Virus record (IMG/VR): IMGVR_UViG_3300021478_000014
From: a virus
Length of the DNA stretch: 35,093 bases
Direction: 5' to 3' (one strand)
Below are positions 1-7,788 of this stretch, piece by piece. The translations under genes and the position numbers were made by a program. Position 1 is the stretch's first letter. Each line of letters starts with the position of its first letter. The notes beneath the pieces are model-generated. The model saw only the letters and a program-made list of their open reading frames with translations, made no database searches and was not told the origin of the DNA.

Positions 1-127
1 AAACTTGGGCAAGCTGATATTGTAATTAAGAAAGGCACGTTTAAAACTGATGGTTCTGGCGAGATGTGGGCAGATAGGAACGATGTTAAAGATTTTGTGG
101 TAACGGCTGATGGGAACGTTGTTAAGC
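1..127. repeat. Exact terminal overlap of the window (1..127 is identical to 34967..35093), marking circular contig closure
   Basis: Base-by-base reading shows aaacttgggcaagctgatattg...gggaacgttgttaagc at both ends. An ORF reads continuously across the junction. Confidence 0.95.
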
Positions 128-189
128 ATTCCCATGCAACTGTAGAGCCCCAAGTGAAACAGGAACTTGAAGACGATGTTCCTTTTTAA
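1..189 (+). CDS. 3' end of the wrap-around DUF669/SSB-like gene (same gene as 34661..35093; new sequence 128..189)
   Basis: The frame of the ATG at 34661 continues through the 127-bp overlap to TAA at 187..189. The joined product is 164 aa and ends ...QELEDDVPF. Confidence 0.7.
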   Translation, partial: KLGQADIVIKKGTFKTDGSGEMWADRNDVKDFVVTADGNVVKHSHATVEPQVKQELEDDVPF

Positions 190-203
190 AAAGGTGAAAA
201 TTA

Positions 204-344
204 ATGAATTGGAATAAAATTAATATTCGTACCATTATCGTTATTAGTGCATTGGTATCTATCTTTGTTTTGCTTTATATTTCATCGCCAAATCCAAATG
301 TAGATATTGATTCGATCATTACAAAAACAATGATAGCAGGATGA
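204..344 (+). CDS. Small membrane protein (46 aa), hypothetical
   Basis: ATG is preceded by AAGGTG with a 7-nt spacer. One hydrophobic helix (TIIVISALVSIFVLLYI). Too short for the ORF track. Last gene before the bidirectional terminator. Confidence 0.45.
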   Translation: MNWNKINIRTIIVISALVSIFVLLYISSPNPNVDIDSIITKTMIAG

Positions 345-350
345 CAATAA

Positions 351-391
351 AATTGATCACACAAAATATTTCGTAGTTTGTGTGATCAATT
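351..391. terminator. Bidirectional rho-independent-type terminator between convergent operons
   Basis: Perfect 15-bp stem (351..365 aattgatcacacaaa / 377..391 tttgtgtgatcaatt) with an 11-nt loop. A/T-rich runs lie on both sides. It sits between the + gene ending at 344 and the - gene ending at 417. Confidence 0.75.
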
Positions 392-416
392 TATACAAAT
401 CTTTATTGGTTGGGGG

Positions 417-2330
417 TTATGAAAATTCCCATACAACAATAAGACCGCCAGAACCATTACCACCAGATTGGTTTGATGCTTGGGAAGCACCACCGCCGCC
501 TCCGCTACCATAGTTTTGTGCATTTCCCCCATTACCGATTACGAGTGTAAGTCCTCCCCCACCGTAGATGCTGGATCCACCTTGCCCTGGTACGATTAAT
601 GCTAAAGCAAGTAATGCAAAAGTACCTTGTTCGCCTCCAGCATTAATATTGCCATTCGAACCGACCCCACCTGCTCCAGGTGCAGTATTCCCCCCCGCTG
701 CTGAGGTTCCGGCATTACCACCTACGCCTCCAGTACCACCTGTAGCTTGTAGCGAACTTGCACTGAATGTTGTTGTGCCACCGGAAGTTCCTGTGTTAAC
801 ACCGGCAGCTCCCCCCGCACCACCAGCACCAACCGTGTAGGTGTATGTGCTGGCGGCACTTGCAATCCAAAGCCTGGCATAACCACCTGACCCTCCGCCG
901 CCACCAAGTCCAAAACCTGCGCCACCTGCGCTACCACCACCACCACCACCACCACCAATAACTTCGACCATTATTGATGTAACGTTGGCAGGTTTCGTGT
1001 AAGTTTGTGCCGTTCCTGAGGTGAATACTTGAAAGCTTCTAAGGCCGCCTCCAGCTGTAGTATTCGTTAAAATTCCCGATGCAGGTGTTCCAAGTGCTGG
1101 TGTACCAGTAAAGGTCGGCAAACCAGCAGCGCCACCGGATTGCAATAAAAATCCAGAAGTGCTAGGTGTGACCTGTTGCATTGCTCCTGTTGTAGTAATC
1201 CCAGCTGTCATAATGCCATAAGCTGTAAAACTTGTTTGACCACTACCACCTTGCGCAACCGTTACAGGAATGACCAGTTCACCTTCGTTATATGAACTAT
1301 TCCAACTTGATGCTGAGGTTCCCGATGTTAATATTACTGTGAATCGTCCCTGAGTTCCCGCGCCAATGACAGATATAGTATTGCCGCCAGATGACTGCAC
1401 TGTCACCGCGCCACTTGAATTATTTACAATTAAATAATTCTGCCCTAATACTAGCGTACTCGTTACAGGTAATAATACGGTCTGAGTTGTAGCGCCTGTA
1501 AAATACTGCTGCCCAGCACTTGCTACTGTTAATGTTGTGGTGCCCGCAGCCGTAGCAGTAGTGGCATATCCTTGATTGAAATTGTTGGCTGATAAATTCG
1601 AGTTGGCATCCCAGCCAGCCCAGGCCGAAGCCGTAGGGGATATCGTAACGGATGTAACGCCAGTCCCTCCCTGAGCAATTGTTACAGGTATTACTATCCC
1701 ACTTGAACTGTATAATGTCGCTGTCCAACTTGCTGCGGCAGTTCCGGCCGTATTGTTAAACGTCACAAGCATGACAGTGTTCGCAGCCATTGCCTGGATG
1801 TTATTTAATCCCGATGATTGTACCGTAACAACACCACTTGATGTATTAATAATATAATATGACTGACCTTTAACAAGCGTTGCAACCACTGGCAAGATTA
1901 TTGTTTGAGTTGTAGAACCATTGACTAACTGGTAGTGAGTGCTCGCAACTGTCAAAGTCGTAGTTCCGGCTGCTGACACAATTACCGTCAGGCCATCAAG
2001 GAAGTTATTGGCAGACAAGTTTCCATTTGCATCCCAGGTTGCCAAGGCTCCAGCAGTTGGAGTGGTAATACCAGAACTTAAAGCCAATACTGATAAACCA
2101 AAAGCAGTAATTGGTGCAGTCGCAAAGGTATTCACGCCTGTGGTATAAATTATCTCATTTGCTGCGGTCGTAAGGCTTCCGATAGATAGCAATCCTGGAT
2201 ATGCCCCAATTAATCCAGCGATTGTAATTTGCACTTCATCAAAACTATTCGCGGAATCTGCTGCATAGATGAGATCCGCCGGGACTGGTGATGCTTTTGC
2301 GGTAAAACTTTTTAATTGAATATTAGCCAT
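417..2330 (-). CDS. Tail fibre / receptor-binding protein with an internal ~141-aa duplication and a glycine-rich C-terminal domain
   Basis: 637 aa. The module WDAN(G/S)NLSANNF...TTTLTVAS...LP(V)...GQ.Y.I.N.SSG.VTVQSSG...IPVT(I/V)AQGG(T/S)G occurs twice (aa ~99-222 and ~240-363). The C-terminus is dominated by G-runs (GGGGGGGGSAGGAGFGLGGGGGSGG...). The product is Thr/Ser/Gly-rich and probably beta-rich, as is typical of fibres. Confidence 0.7.
   Translation of the reverse strand: MANIQLKSFTAKASPVPADLIYAADSANSFDEVQITIAGLIGAYPGLLSIGSLTTAANEIIYTTGVNTFATAPITAFGLSVLALSSGITTPTAGALATWDANGNLSANNFLDGLTVIVSAAGTTTLTVASTHYQLVNGSTTQTIILPVVATLVKGQSYYIINTSSGVVTVQSSGLNNIQAMAANTVMLVTFNNTAGTAAASWTATLYSSSGIVIPVTIAQGGTGVTSVTISPTASAWAGWDANSNLSANNFNQGYATTATAAGTTTLTVASAGQQYFTGATTQTVLLPVTSTLVLGQNYLIVNNSSGAVTVQSSGGNTISVIGAGTQGRFTVILTSGTSASSWNSSYNEGELVIPVTVAQGGSGQTSFTAYGIMTAGITTTGAMQQVTPSTSGFLLQSGGAAGLPTFTGTPALGTPASGILTNTTAGGGLRSFQVFTSGTAQTYTKPANVTSIMVEVIGGGGGGGGSAGGAGFGLGGGGGSGGYARLWIASAASTYTYTVGAGGAGGAAGVNTGTSGGTTTFSASSLQATGGTGGVGGNAGTSAAGGNTAPGAGGVGSNGNINAGGEQGTFALLALALIVPGQGGSSIYGGGGLTLVIGNGGNAQNYGSGGGGGASQASNQSGGNGSGGLIVVWEFS
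933..956 (-). repeat. Perfect (ACC)8 = (GGT)8 trinucleotide microsatellite encoding Gly8 inside the fibre gene
   Basis: accaccaccaccaccaccaccacc read directly. It corresponds to VIGGGGGGGGSAGG in the product. Confidence 0.95.
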
Positions 2331-2333
2331 GAT

Positions 2334-2492
2334 TTAAACCTTAGCAATTACGAATGCGTTAAGATAAGTGACCACGAAATTCCCGTGGTAATCGATTACA
2401 CGGTCAAAACCTACAGGTGGTTGTTCCTCGTTTTGATTACCCAACACACAAAACGGAAACAATACGGTTATCAAATGCGAATAAAATTGCAT
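2334..2492 (-). CDS. Hypothetical small protein (52 aa)
   Basis: ATG is preceded by GGGG (ataggggtactatATG). It fills the gap between the 90-aa ORF and the fibre gene, and its stop lies 3 nt before the fibre ATG. Product: MQFYSHLITVLFPFCVLGNQNEEQPPVGFDRVIDYHGNFVVTYLNAFVIAKV. Confidence 0.4.
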   Translation of the reverse strand: MQFYSHLITVLFPFCVLGNQNEEQPPVGFDRVIDYHGNFVVTYLNAFVIAKV

Positions 2493-2501
2493 ATAGTACC
2501 C

Positions 2502-2774
2502 CTATGGCACGTTAGTTGAGCAATAAGTAATGTTGGTTGCCGTGGTCGTTCTAAGCGTTCCATTCACAGTTGCAGACGCTAAAATCATAGTTGCTGCAAT
2601 CGGATAAATATTGTTGCCCTGCGCATTAGAAAAGAACTGCGGCAAACCTGCGGTATTCAAATAAACAATGTCACCCGTGGCACCACTCACATACAAATAA
2701 CAACTTGGTTTAACGAAAGCCACGCCAACCGTTGCCAAATCGGAGTAACCAAATGCAAAGCCCCAACTAATCAT
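2502..2774 (-). CDS. Hypothetical protein (90 aa), probably virion- or fibre-associated
   Basis: Its start overlaps the large terminase stop (ATGA), indicating translational coupling. The composition looks beta-rich. Confidence 0.55.
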   Translation of the reverse strand: MISWGFAFGYSDLATVGVAFVKPSCYLYVSGATGDIVYLNTAGLPQFFSNAQGNNIYPIAATMILASATVNGTLRTTTATNITYCSTNVP

Positions 2775-4261
2775 AGTTCACCCTTATTTTCGTCTAAATA
2801 TACAACATCATACGTCATTTCGCTTATCAATTCACTGTCTAAAGCAAGTGCTAATGTTTGATAACTTTTGACTCCATGGCTCGACCAATCGTGCTTTGGA
2901 TGGTCTTTAAATTTTCCCATTTTTATGTCAAATTCTTTTTCATAATTCGACAAGCAATCAATCAATCTTTGTGTGTTTTCTTCGTTAAAAGTGGTCATAT
3001 AGAGCTTTTGGCGTATCGTTTCTATCGCTGTTTTGTGTGTGCTTGGTCTCTTTACGATAAAGCACATTTCACCCATTTCATTTAGGTAATCTTGCGTTGT
3101 TTTTAAGCCATCGCCAAAGTTGCGATTTGCGCCATCGTGAGGCACATAATGCGCTTTGACCACAAGGTTTCTAATATTGCAAAATGTCTTTATCTCAGAC
3201 ACATAAAACGCCAACGCTCGATTGTTGTTTTCAATGTATCCTATAATCGTAGGCCATAACTTGCCGTTCCTCGGTTCAAATTGCGTCAAACAAATTGCTG
3301 TACAGTCTGAAACACCGATATCGTAAAATGCATAAACTGCTCTGTTGGGTAAATAATGCCCCCTGATAATCCTTTCTGAATCATGTACCGCATTAATTGC
3401 GATAGCAAAATACTTGGTTTCCTCGTTTATCTGAACATTCCCGTAGTATTCCTGCTGAATAAGATATTCAGGCATTCCAGCGCGTCTATCTTCGTCAACG
3501 TCTGCATCAGTGATATAGGGATTTCCTTCTTCATCAACCAGGGTATTGATGCTTTCTTCTCGGCAAAACCAAAGTGGATCCTCTTGGTTCTTTTTAAGCA
3601 TCCAATAAAAATGGTTCATTCCGTTATACGTAGATTGACCAAAGAGCCAACCGCCATTTTGGCGCAGCACAGGCATCATGGAATAAAGGACTTTGGGATC
3701 GGAGAATGCGAGTTCACAATAGACAATACCACGGGGGTTAGTACCGCGAAGTTTTTCTGGATCAATGTCACACCCTACAATCCATATAAGGCTTCCATTT
3801 GTAAGGTGTATGGTCATGTCTGCATCGTTTGATTTACGCGCCATAAGCCGCTTAGGAATCATATCCAAAAACTTGATACTACTTCCTGTGCCTAAATCTA
3901 ACATAGCACCTTCCCATAGGATTTTACGCGCCCTTACGTTAGTCGGGTAAACCATCAAATACATCCCTGGATCGCTGATTGCAAAATCAAGTACTAAGTT
4001 CCAGGTCGTGACCTCTTTTCCCGCTCGCCGTGGCCACTCTGCCAATATTCTCTTAGATTCTTTATTAAGCAACACATCGCGTACTTCACGCTGATAAGGC
4101 CTAAAGTTAATAATGGGAATACGTACTTTATATCCATCTGACCATGTCACATGTAAATTATTTAATTCATCACGTGTTAATTCATAACTGCTCAACGATT
4201 GTTTGTGATAAGCCCCTAAGGCCTTATCACGTAAAGCCTTGGCTTCTTGGAGAACGCTCAT
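2771..4261 (-). CDS. terL: Terminase large subunit
   Basis: 496 aa. Walker A-like AEWPRRAGKE follows RPYQREV. The ATPase is followed by a nuclease region (YDIGVSDCTAI, VPHDG, KHDWSSHG). Size and motif order are typical of TerL. Confidence 0.9.
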   Translation of the reverse strand: MSVLQEAKALRDKALGAYHKQSLSSYELTRDELNNLHVTWSDGYKVRIPIINFRPYQREVRDVLLNKESKRILAEWPRRAGKEVTTWNLVLDFAISDPGMYLMVYPTNVRARKILWEGAMLDLGTGSSIKFLDMIPKRLMARKSNDADMTIHLTNGSLIWIVGCDIDPEKLRGTNPRGIVYCELAFSDPKVLYSMMPVLRQNGGWLFGQSTYNGMNHFYWMLKKNQEDPLWFCREESINTLVDEEGNPYITDADVDEDRRAGMPEYLIQQEYYGNVQINEETKYFAIAINAVHDSERIIRGHYLPNRAVYAFYDIGVSDCTAICLTQFEPRNGKLWPTIIGYIENNNRALAFYVSEIKTFCNIRNLVVKAHYVPHDGANRNFGDGLKTTQDYLNEMGEMCFIVKRPSTHKTAIETIRQKLYMTTFNEENTQRLIDCLSNYEKEFDIKMGKFKDHPKHDWSSHGVKSYQTLALALDSELISEMTYDVVYLDENKGEL

Positions 4262-4265
4262 ATTG

Positions 4266-5423
4266 TTAAATCTTAATTATTTTCAGCACCAATGCTGTGG
4301 GTTGGACAATTGTAAATGGGGTTGGTGTTGGGCTTCCTGTGACCTGTGTTGAAGCTGCACCAAAGCCGTTCAAAAAAGAAGTGGCTCCCGCAGGTGATTG
4401 AACAAAAGTTGGATTCAAACTCCCTGTTTGGCCAGTCAAAGCATGGCTATGGCCTATTAACTCGCCTATTGCCATTGTATGGTTAATTGAACCACCTACC
4501 GTTCCTACGGCATTAGTAATGCCAAATATAGAACCACCTGACCCCGCAGTTGCCCTATCTACCAGATTCGGCACATTAAATGTTGTGCTGCCATCCCCTG
4601 CCCCCCATAAAACGCCAATAGCTGCGAAAAGGTTTGCGTAGGTCGTTCTCGAAACTGCGGCACCATTACATAGTAAAAAACCTGCTGGTGGGGTGGTGCC
4701 ACCAAAATCAATTATTGCACCCGTTGGGAACGGCGCAACTACGGCCTCAGTGAGTAAGGTTAATTGAGCCGCAACAGTTGTTGGGTTTAGGTTTGTCGTA
4801 TCATAATAGCCAACAAGTGCCGCGCCATTCGTTGTTGGTTGATTGTTTGCAAGCTCTGAGCGCAATGTTGACGTGTCGGCAGATTGGTTTAAAGTTGCTG
4901 CTATTACACCACCGATTGCACCCAGCCAAACCTGCCCTGGTTGTAAAATAGGGATTTGAACATTTGCATTAAGCGTGTCATCAGGAAAAAATGTATTCAC
5001 AATGTATGACAAATTTCTATCTAAAGCATAAGATTTGTTTTGTTGTGCTATAAGCAATAATTTATCTAATGCCGCATCAAGCGTTACCCCTGAAAAATTT
5101 CGCGCGTCTGAAAATTCCGCGTCAAGTGATGCTGAAACATCACGTACTATAGTGACCGCAAAGCCACTTGGTGGTATGAAACCTGGGTTGAACGTTATAA
5201 CCCCGCCAGTAGTTGGATCGAGATAAGGTGTAAATGTATAGGCCACGTTCCAGATATTTATATCGGCTGCGGGGTTTGGCGTAGCCGTTGAAAGCTGCGT
5301 ATATACGTCAATATCTGGCGTGCCATCAATTTCAAGAGGCGTAAAAAAAGGCACGATATACATTGTAGTAATGCCATCGGCTAAATATTGAACAATGGTA
5401 TTTTGCTGAGGTAAATTTGCCAT
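4266..5423 (-). CDS. Tail fibre protein with a C-terminal phage tail-collar domain
   Basis: The N-terminus (YLADGITTMYIVPF...DIDVY) is typical of fibre N-termini. The C-terminus (PPAGFLLCNGAAVSRTTYANLFAAIGVLWGAGDGSTTFNVPNLVDRATAG) matches the Collar (PF07484-type) signature. Confidence 0.8.
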   Translation of the reverse strand: MANLPQQNTIVQYLADGITTMYIVPFFTPLEIDGTPDIDVYTQLSTATPNPAADINIWNVAYTFTPYLDPTTGGVITFNPGFIPPSGFAVTIVRDVSASLDAEFSDARNFSGVTLDAALDKLLLIAQQNKSYALDRNLSYIVNTFFPDDTLNANVQIPILQPGQVWLGAIGGVIAATLNQSADTSTLRSELANNQPTTNGAALVGYYDTTNLNPTTVAAQLTLLTEAVVAPFPTGAIIDFGGTTPPAGFLLCNGAAVSRTTYANLFAAIGVLWGAGDGSTTFNVPNLVDRATAGSGGSIFGITNAVGTVGGSINHTMAIGELIGHSHALTGQTGSLNPTFVQSPAGATSFLNGFGAASTQVTGSPTPTPFTIVQPTALVLKIIKI

Positions 5424-5433
5424 TTTTATGTCC

Positions 5434-7788
5434 TTAAAATAATGAGGTTTGGCCAGGTTCTACGTAAGGTTTGTTGCCAAGGAATGAATCAACAAAAGGA
5501 GAGATGCCAGGAACCGTGCTAATTGGGTTTGCGACGTTGGCAAATTCTCGTGCTGCGTGTTTAGCACCTTTAAAATCACCCGTAGTTAGCGCAAAGGCTG
5601 TTTTTACTGGATCGTACAAGAACTTCCAAGTAGGCGTACCAAATAGAGCACCCGCTGCCGTCTTTGATGCTGATTTGTCGCTTAGGATAGAGCCAAAAAC
5701 GCCGAGACCACCGCCTAACAATTTGGCAAAATATTTTGCCTGCTCTCCACGGCTCATATTTGCAGGATTTGGCGGCGTCAATCCATTGCTAATCGCGATT
5801 AAAGCTTCAGACAATGAAGCTAGCATTATAGTACCAAGGCTCTGATTTAACGCATACATCATCTTGCCTTGGAAACTATCAAAGTCTTGCATGCCACCTA
5901 CCCATACGCGCCTAAAATACTGTATAGGATAGGCCTTAAACTGTGCAAACATTCGCCATATTTCTCCCCCAACATGACCAGGCCTGAAATTGCCTGTTGT
6001 AATCATGTTAGTGTAGCCTGTTGGGTTTAAAACTGAGAACTCATGCGCCGTGTCAAACATCGCAAATACTTTCCTGTATAAAGTCGATCCATATTCCGAC
6101 AATGGAACGCTTTTATCTGAGTCTTGCCATAATTCCCGTATTTCGCTATCTGTCATGTTCGTGACATTATCGGTTGAGAATAAGCGTTTTTCTGTCTTTG
6201 AGCGGATTGCATCCCATTCAGGTTCGCTAATGTTAAAACGCTTTAAATATGCTTGCTGTTGATCGTCTAAGGCATTAAAAGTTTTCTTGGATTGCTTTCC
6301 ATAGACCTTCATAATCGGATCCATGGCAGATAATTTATTGCCACGGTCAAGCGCATGCAATCCTATTCTATGAAAAAACTTATTCGATAGCCGGTTGACT
6401 GTATCGCCAACGCCGCTTAAATCTGAAAACCTTGAAATTGTACCACTATGCACATTGATTGTTGCTGACATTATCCTTGATAGTTCGGTACGACTTTCAC
6501 TCGGCAATCTATCAAACATATTAACGATCGCATTTACGTAGGGTTTCCAGTAGCCCGCACCTGCACGTTGCGCGAACCCTGCAATGTTTGCGGTATCTGA
6601 GATACTTAACAAAGCAATCTTACCAAGCCTTGCAACGGATGTTATTGAGCGAATGCTCGCGCTAATGTTTGCAAAATTTGGGTTAACAGCACCTTTTGTA
6701 GCACCCAATAGATTATTAAATAGTGCGTCACTAGTTTGATGTTCAAGCCCATTCTTAATGGAATTTGCTTCAGCACCTTGTTTAGCAACTTGAACATGGC
6801 GCATTTCAAGCCACATCGATTGTGGGGCCGTACCAAATATTTCGGCCAAACCTACTTGCTGTCCTGAGGTTCTAATATCCATATGCCAAGATTCAACCAA
6901 CGACCCTTGGCCATAATCTTTGTTCGACATGCCCCAGCTTTTCCAGTCTTTGTACTTGTAGAACATATGGCGCGTACGCTCTATTGCTTGCCTGTCTCTT
7001 GATACCGCGGCTTTTGTGAACAATGGTCCATTTCCTTGGATGATATTATCGAAGGTATTTCCTATCATCTCATTAACAATTGCATCATCAATCTGGCCTT
7101 CTACAGTCATAGCTCTTGTATCTCTAAATGTCGCCGGAACATCAATTCTTGATTTATGCATTTCAATCCAGGCTTCCCGACCAATCTTGAGCAATTTTGA
7201 TTGATCGTAGGTGTTTCTAAAAAACCTATCTTGGTTCATCGCGCTTGCTTGCATCGCGTAGGATTTAATTAACATGGCATTACGTGGATCGATATAATCT
7301 CTTAAAGATTCCCCAATTTGCTGCACCATTTTGTTCTCATGTGTGCCTCCATCAGCTACAGCAAATATTGCATCATCAAAGGTTTTTTCTTCAAGCGCGT
7401 CTAAATGCTCTTTGGACATTTTATTGAATGCTTGAGTAGTCAATAGTTGTCTTGCGGCATTTGACGCAGTTTCTATATTGTAATCTGTGTTCTTTGCGGT
7501 CTTCTCCAAGAAAGCTCTTGGTGCAATATCAGCATCCATCTTGGTTTTTATTGTGTCCCACTTCCCAATGTTCCTCGCAGCACGAGCTGAATCTTCAAGC
7601 AAAATTTCCATGTGCGCTTTGTTTATTTCACCCATTGCAGCTTCGCGGGCAAAGGGAACACCTGCGGTTTGTAGCTCTCTTGCTCGGCTATTGACTTGCT
7701 TGATATATCCCTCAAGCTCTTCACCTGTAAATAAATTAAGGGCTTGTCTAGCAGTATCAATACATTCCGCTTTGTTTCTAGTCATCAT
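5434..7788 (-). CDS. Internal virion / ejectosome protein (784 aa)
   Basis: Large protein in the T7 gp15/gp16-equivalent position between tail tubular B and the fibre. Translationally coupled (ATGA) to the upstream gene. No enzymatic motif recognised. Confidence 0.5.
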   Translation of the reverse strand: MMTRNKAECIDTARQALNLFTGEELEGYIKQVNSRARELQTAGVPFAREAAMGEINKAHMEILLEDSARAARNIGKWDTIKTKMDADIAPRAFLEKTAKNTDYNIETASNAARQLLTTQAFNKMSKEHLDALEEKTFDDAIFAVADGGTHENKMVQQIGESLRDYIDPRNAMLIKSYAMQASAMNQDRFFRNTYDQSKLLKIGREAWIEMHKSRIDVPATFRDTRAMTVEGQIDDAIVNEMIGNTFDNIIQGNGPLFTKAAVSRDRQAIERTRHMFYKYKDWKSWGMSNKDYGQGSLVESWHMDIRTSGQQVGLAEIFGTAPQSMWLEMRHVQVAKQGAEANSIKNGLEHQTSDALFNNLLGATKGAVNPNFANISASIRSITSVARLGKIALLSISDTANIAGFAQRAGAGYWKPYVNAIVNMFDRLPSESRTELSRIMSATINVHSGTISRFSDLSGVGDTVNRLSNKFFHRIGLHALDRGNKLSAMDPIMKVYGKQSKKTFNALDDQQQAYLKRFNISEPEWDAIRSKTEKRLFSTDNVTNMTDSEIRELWQDSDKSVPLSEYGSTLYRKVFAMFDTAHEFSVLNPTGYTNMITTGNFRPGHVGGEIWRMFAQFKAYPIQYFRRVWVGGMQDFDSFQGKMMYALNQSLGTIMLASLSEALIAISNGLTPPNPANMSRGEQAKYFAKLLGGGLGVFGSILSDKSASKTAAGALFGTPTWKFLYDPVKTAFALTTGDFKGAKHAAREFANVANPISTVPGISPFVDSFLGNKPYVEPGQTSLF

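Noticed and set aside
568-840. Plus-strand ORF (90 aa, Pro/Ala-rich), together with minus-frame ORFs 722..958 (poly-Val), 1420..1728 and 1939..2148 inside the fibre gene
   Set aside because: These are shadow frames of the glycine/threonine-rich fibre gene. Their low-complexity products (poly-P, poly-V) come from reading GGN/ACC repeats in other frames, and they have no SD.
3383-3832. 149-aa plus-strand ORF (with 2858..3085 and 3765..3950) antisense to the large terminase
   Set aside because: It lies entirely within a confidently identified terL gene on the other strand, has no start context, and has an odd hydrophobic composition.
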